Made by a program: the position numbers and the translations under genes. The notes below the pieces were generated by a model, which was not told where the DNA came from, did no database searches, and saw nothing but the letters and a program-made list of their open reading frames with translations. A DNA stretch of 64,000 bases from Paraspadella gotoi (lineage: Eukaryota > Animalia > Chaetognatha): contig CM119266.1 in assembly GCA_051294375.1 (NCBI GenBank), positions 25,126,659 through 25,190,658 of the forward strand, read 5' to 3'. Of the stretch, positions 50,201 through 64,000 are shown piece after piece (the stretch's first letter is position 1; each line of letters opens with the position of its first letter).

Positions 50201-50905
50201 TGCCCCATCCCAATGGGCATCACAGGCAACCCGGCTGTTGCCATAGTACCTCATTTTATAATATGAAGCCTCCTGTAGATGTTTTTGAAGTGACCCTTGT
50301 CACGAAGAAAAGAGGACGATGACATGGGTTTTAAAAATAATTTTAAAATATAGGCAAATACAAATTTAAAGAGGATTCAACCAAAAAAAAATCCCATTCC
50401 TCGTAGAGAAACATGCAGCTGCAAAATCGAAGGGCAAAGCGAAAATGGCTCGCCAACCTGTGCCCGAGACTTTTGTCCTTGATGAAATTCGTTCCAGCAT
50501 CGAGAAAGACAACGTGAATAAAAACGCGAAGAGAAGCGACATCGAAGTCAAAGGCAGCAAATTTCTCGGCGATTTGCCAGGAAACGTGTCGTCGGCTCGG
50601 GGGGAAGTCGAGAGTAAGTTTTGGAGGGTGTCACTGAAGAGTGTTTTCGTGGTGTTGTCCGACCTGTCCCGACCTTATTTTGTCCAAAAAACTAACGTTT
50701 AATAGTGGGCGATTTGCTGCGACAAGAACTACTAATACGAGATCACTGGCGTCAAAGCGCTCCGTCGGCGACGAAAGAAGATACGAACAAGACGCACGAT
50801 TGGCGAAAAGGTTATTCGTCCTTTTCAGGCCCGTCGAGAAGGGCCCACAAATCGGGCGGCCCGAAAGGGGCGTCGGGAACGAGAAAGAAGTCTTTCATCA
50901 GCTGA
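43750..50905 (+). CDS. Low-complexity, probably disordered protein of unknown function (about 807 aa). Exons 43750-44839, 46684-46841, 47450-47564, 47646-47876, 48732-48827, 49213-49293, 49561-49806, 50407-50613, 50706-50905
   Basis: The 366-aa Glu/Gly/Pro-rich ORF ends at a GT donor. Eight downstream AG/GT exons join in frame (total 2424 nt). The C-terminal half is rich in Lys/His/Ser. Confidence 0.65.
44862..45710 (+). mobile_element. About 260-bp TGTGGC...GCCATA element (family 1), 4-bp TSD AGCT, interrupted by a nested MITE
   Basis: Both halves match the intact copy at 55800-56060; AGCT on both flanks. Confidence 0.85.
44929..45512. mobile_element. hAT-like non-autonomous element (584 bp)
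   Basis: TIRs TAGGGTGAAGTGAAA / TTTCACTTCACTCTA. 8-bp TSD CTGAGCAG / CTTAGCAG (1 mismatch). AT-rich foldback interior. Confidence 0.8.
46230..46395 (+). mobile_element. Internally deleted family-1 element, TSD ATCT
   Basis: Same termini and internal motifs as 55800-56060; ATCT on both flanks. Confidence 0.8.
46496..46637. repeat. About 140-bp dispersed repeat; copies in the opposite orientation at 47935-48069 and 60630-60759
   Basis: Shared ...gacctgctatgtcattatcttgtaagagtgatggag...ttaaaccaccaa...ggttgtaccaatttcat. Confidence 0.9.
46933..47382. mobile_element. Putative small TIR element in an intron
   Basis: Ends ...tgttatgg / ccataaca... are inverted; interior more GC-rich than flanks; TSD not resolved. 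Confidence 0.4.
48138..48673. mobile_element. Foldback/MITE with long imperfect inverted arms; interior similar to the 44929-45512 element
   Basis: ttttcgtatacgcccatatttatacat at 48201 pairs with atgtataaatatgggcgtatacgaaaa ending 48595; gcagattcgaattcctca pairs with tgaggaattcgaatctgc. Confidence 0.8.
48906..49131 (+). mobile_element. Family-1-related element (subfamily 2), TSD ATAT
   Basis: TGTGGCGGTATATTCACACCG...GTTGCCGTA with ATAT flanks; similar to 50030-50245. Confidence 0.8.
49861..50279. mobile_element. Small TIR element whose right arm is interrupted by the 50030-50245 insertion
   Basis: aggcttcatattataaaacgaggtacccc pairs with ggggtac[insert]ctcattttataatatgaagcct. Confidence 0.7.
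50030..50245 (+). mobile_element. Subfamily-2 element, TSD GTAC
   Basis: TGTGGCGG...GTTGCCATA with GTAC on both flanks. Confidence 0.8.
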
Positions 50906-52231
50906 CGAGAAGTTAAGGCCAAAACCTTTTTTTCTCTAAATCGTCTTTTTGAGAAAAGAAAACCAGTTTTTAGCGTTAGAATTTTTAGCATATAATTGAA
51001 TCGCAATATTATTGTCCAACAGTGATACGGTTTTAAATTGTTACCTAATATAAGACTAAATATGCTGAAGGTTATCTCGAATATAAAAAGCTTATCCAAG
51101 TTTAACAAGCATTATTCAAAGAAAAAAAATTTCTATTATTCCAAACAACAATGTGAACCAGAGAATAGGTTTTACAGAACAGCCACAATCAATTTACAGA
51201 ACGTTAAAAAAAAAGATGTACATTCAAAGGATTTCGATTAGCACCAGTTTCTCATTAGGGTCTCTCTACTTTCATGTAATGCTAAGTAGGCAAGCAATTA
51301 ATCACGAACCACCGATGATTTCAAACAACGATACTATGACAATTCAATGGGCTCCTAATTCTTAAAAACAAGGCACAAATATTGCGGGTTTCCTTCGTAG
51401 GAAAAAACCCGGCCGAAAAATAAGATGATCAAAACAAAGAAAGTTAATGTACAAGAATGATTTGAATTTGGAAACCAAATTTACATAAGTATATGATTAT
51501 AAAAAATTAATGCTCGAAAAAATTGCACGGGCCGTAACGAGATGAGATAAAAAAAAAAAATTAAAAAAAAAAGCTAAAACGAGAAAAGGCCGAGCGCGCA
51601 AAAATTTTAAAAAAAGTTGAACACCAGATGGCGTTTTAAATCCTTTTCCCGTTAAATGCAATTCGGGGGCTTAACCAAAAGTAATAATACAATTGCCTAA
51701 AAACACAAAATGTTTATTCTCTCCGGAAATTAAGTTTAAAAACGTGCCTGCATGACTTCCTTACAAAACTAAAGGCAGTGTCGATGACTTTTTGAGAGAT
51801 GTGGTCAGCAAAAAAAAATAAATGGCAGTGGTGTTTTGGTTTGTTTAATGAAGTTTGGAAAACATTTTTATTTTTGAGGTCAAAGGAAGGTATCGTTTTG
51901 AATAAGGAAGACATGCGGCATTTAAAAACGCATTCGTTGGGCAGTAATTTTTTAAAAAAATTTTACATTAACAGAAAAAAAAACCTTCATTACATTATGC
52001 CTAATATTTAAAGAGAGAAGCTACAACCGATACTTGAGAAAGAGAGATCTATTTTCTCCAAAAAATAGAAACCTCTTTAAACCGTTTGATGTTACAGTTA
52101 GATGTCGTTAGCTCCTCCATAAAGTCGTTAACAGTGTCAGTAGCTATGAGATTTTTAAAAAAAATCGATTGAGAAAAAAAGCTAAGTGAAACTCCGAAAA
52201 GAGGTTAACAAAGGAAAGGAAGGGGGACGAG

Positions 52232-52316
<85 letters not shown>

Positions 52317-52876
52317 AAACAGATGGCACCTAAACGGCGTCGATGAAAAAAAAAAACGCGAACGAAAAAAGAAAAGGGTAGAGAAAAAAAAATTTAGAAA
52401 GGGAAGGAGTAAAAAATGGAAACTGGGGAAAAGGCGGGAAAAAAAGAGAGAGAGTGACTCAATTAATAAAAAAACGTATGGAGGAAAAAAGAAAAAAATA
52501 TTCTAAAAAGGCAAAAGATGGGGGGGGGGGGGGGAAAATGATTTTTTCGTCGGAGAAAACGGAAAATAATGGAAAGATCACAGGTATAATGACGTCATGG
52601 TTGATTAATTCGGTCTTGAACGTTTCCTAGGATCGGGAAAGACTAAACGGCGAGAAAAGAGAGCGACATCTCGCCGTTTCCGCTGACCTACATATAAATT
52701 TAATTTTCTCGATGTGGGGGGGGGGACTTTAAAAATAAGGGACGAGAGAAAGCGGGGTAGAAGAAGTAGCTACGAGAAGTCGCCGCTACCCGGAAGTTGA
52801 TAAGAAAGGGGAGGGGGTAAGTGAGAAAGGGCGAGAAAGAGGGAAAGTTAGGCGGCGGGAGAAATGATTATCGGGC

Positions 52877-62740
<9,864 letters not shown>

Positions 62741-64000
62741 CCCGACTTTCAAGTTCGTTCGATGAAAAAAGGAGCGAATCTTTGAGAATCACGACATTCA
62801 CGGTCGGGAATTATTTACTAAGCGTCAAACAAAAAGTAGATTCCGTGCGTCGCTAGAGCGTCGCCGCCGACTTCTGTTTTCTTGTGGCGTTGGAATCGAA
62901 GCACGAACGAAAAAAAAGACGGGTTTTGGTGAGGTTCTTCCTTTCCTTCTCTTCGCCGTCTCTTCGAACCCTTTAGACAATATTCTTCTATATCACGCGC
63001 GCACACGCAGGTCCGTGACAGAACCGCACGTGATCGCACGCAGGAGCAGGTTTTCGAAAAAAGCCGGCTTCACACTTTCTACGCGCCGAGAAAAAAAGCT
63101 TAAAAAAGCTTTTTTAATTTTCGCGCCGCTAAGAAAATGTCTCCAAAAAATCGACTTTGAATTCATTCGTCGTCGTCGTCGTCGTCGACAGGATCGTTCC
63201 GATCGTCGTCGTCGATAGCGGGGAACCTCGTCGATTTCGTCGTCGATCCGAAGAGGAAAAAGCGCGACGCGACGAGATGCTCCGGGGAAGAGAGAGAGAG
63301 ATGCGGGATACTTTTTTCGCGCGCCAGCCAGCGCGCCCCCCCTCACTCTTCCCTGATCCGCGTCGGCGCGCGGAGGGCATCCCAATCGACGAGCGGCTGC
63401 AGCGTCTGACGCGGCCGTCGAGATCTGGGTAAAGTAGGAGGAAGATATGTCGGGGAGTGGGCATCGTCTAAGATTTAGGGTGAAATCGATCATCACGAAA
63501 AACGTAAAATCTTCAACGATATGAAGGGTGGGGAATTGATAACGGAGGTATGAAACCAGGTGAACGACGCGGCGGCCGCGACGGCAGCCGCTGCTGAAGA
63601 ATCCTCTCCACGCCGCTGCAGGGGAATCTGGGAAGGTTTACGAAAGAGCAGCGTCAGTCGCTGCAGCAGGAGCGGCAGCCGTCATTAGAGAAGGTTAATG
63701 CGGCGATCGGCGTCCGCGAAATCGTCATGTTCGAAATTAAGGATGAAGGCGAAGATAAAATGGAAGGAGGGTGGTTGAAATAGAGGGAGAAATAGTCCGT
63801 CCGTGAGGTGGGTGTTTCGAGTAGACGAGATTGAGGATCGCCAGTGAAGTAGGACTTTTGAACATAGAAGATTGTTAATGGGGAAAACTTTTAAAAAACC
63901 TGTCAGATAATTTTGAAAGCAGAAAAATGAGTGATCGTGGGCCGATGACGGCTAAAAACACTAGATTTTGCTACTTTATCGTGCGTAGCCTTTAATAAAA

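Noticed and set aside
62900-63800. GC-rich region upstream of collagen B with several short overlapping ORFs
   Set aside because: No consistent frame or recognisable product; could be promoter/5' UTR or the end of a neighbouring gene, unresolved

Overview
Eukaryotic (animal) genomic DNA from a draft assembly, with short GT-AG introns, many (GA)n/(CT)n tracts and four N gaps. The collagen features suggest an early-branching invertebrate such as a sponge (inference only). Two paralogous fibrillar collagen genes face each other tail-to-tail: gene A on + (4367..27656, 5' end outside the window or present only as an error-rich inverted copy) and gene B on - (62740..52877, complete, about 1357 aa). 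Between them lie two spliced genes of unknown function (39434..42797 and 43750..50905) and several nested small transposons. Main observation: both collagen genes carry a tandem pair of 108-bp Gly-X-Y exons at the same helix position (residues 256-291). The canonical K87-K930 cross-link register is restored in each gene only if exactly one exon of the pair is used, which points to parallel mutually exclusive splicing inside the triple helix. Gene B also has two paralogous furin-site/N-telopeptide exons, and gene A has a candidate 15-bp KKGPS micro-exon near the C-telopeptide. Two large inverted duplications (centred near 6552 and near 38940) abut 25-N gaps, are indel-rich and are probably assembly artefacts. 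All gene models were read by hand and have no transcript support.
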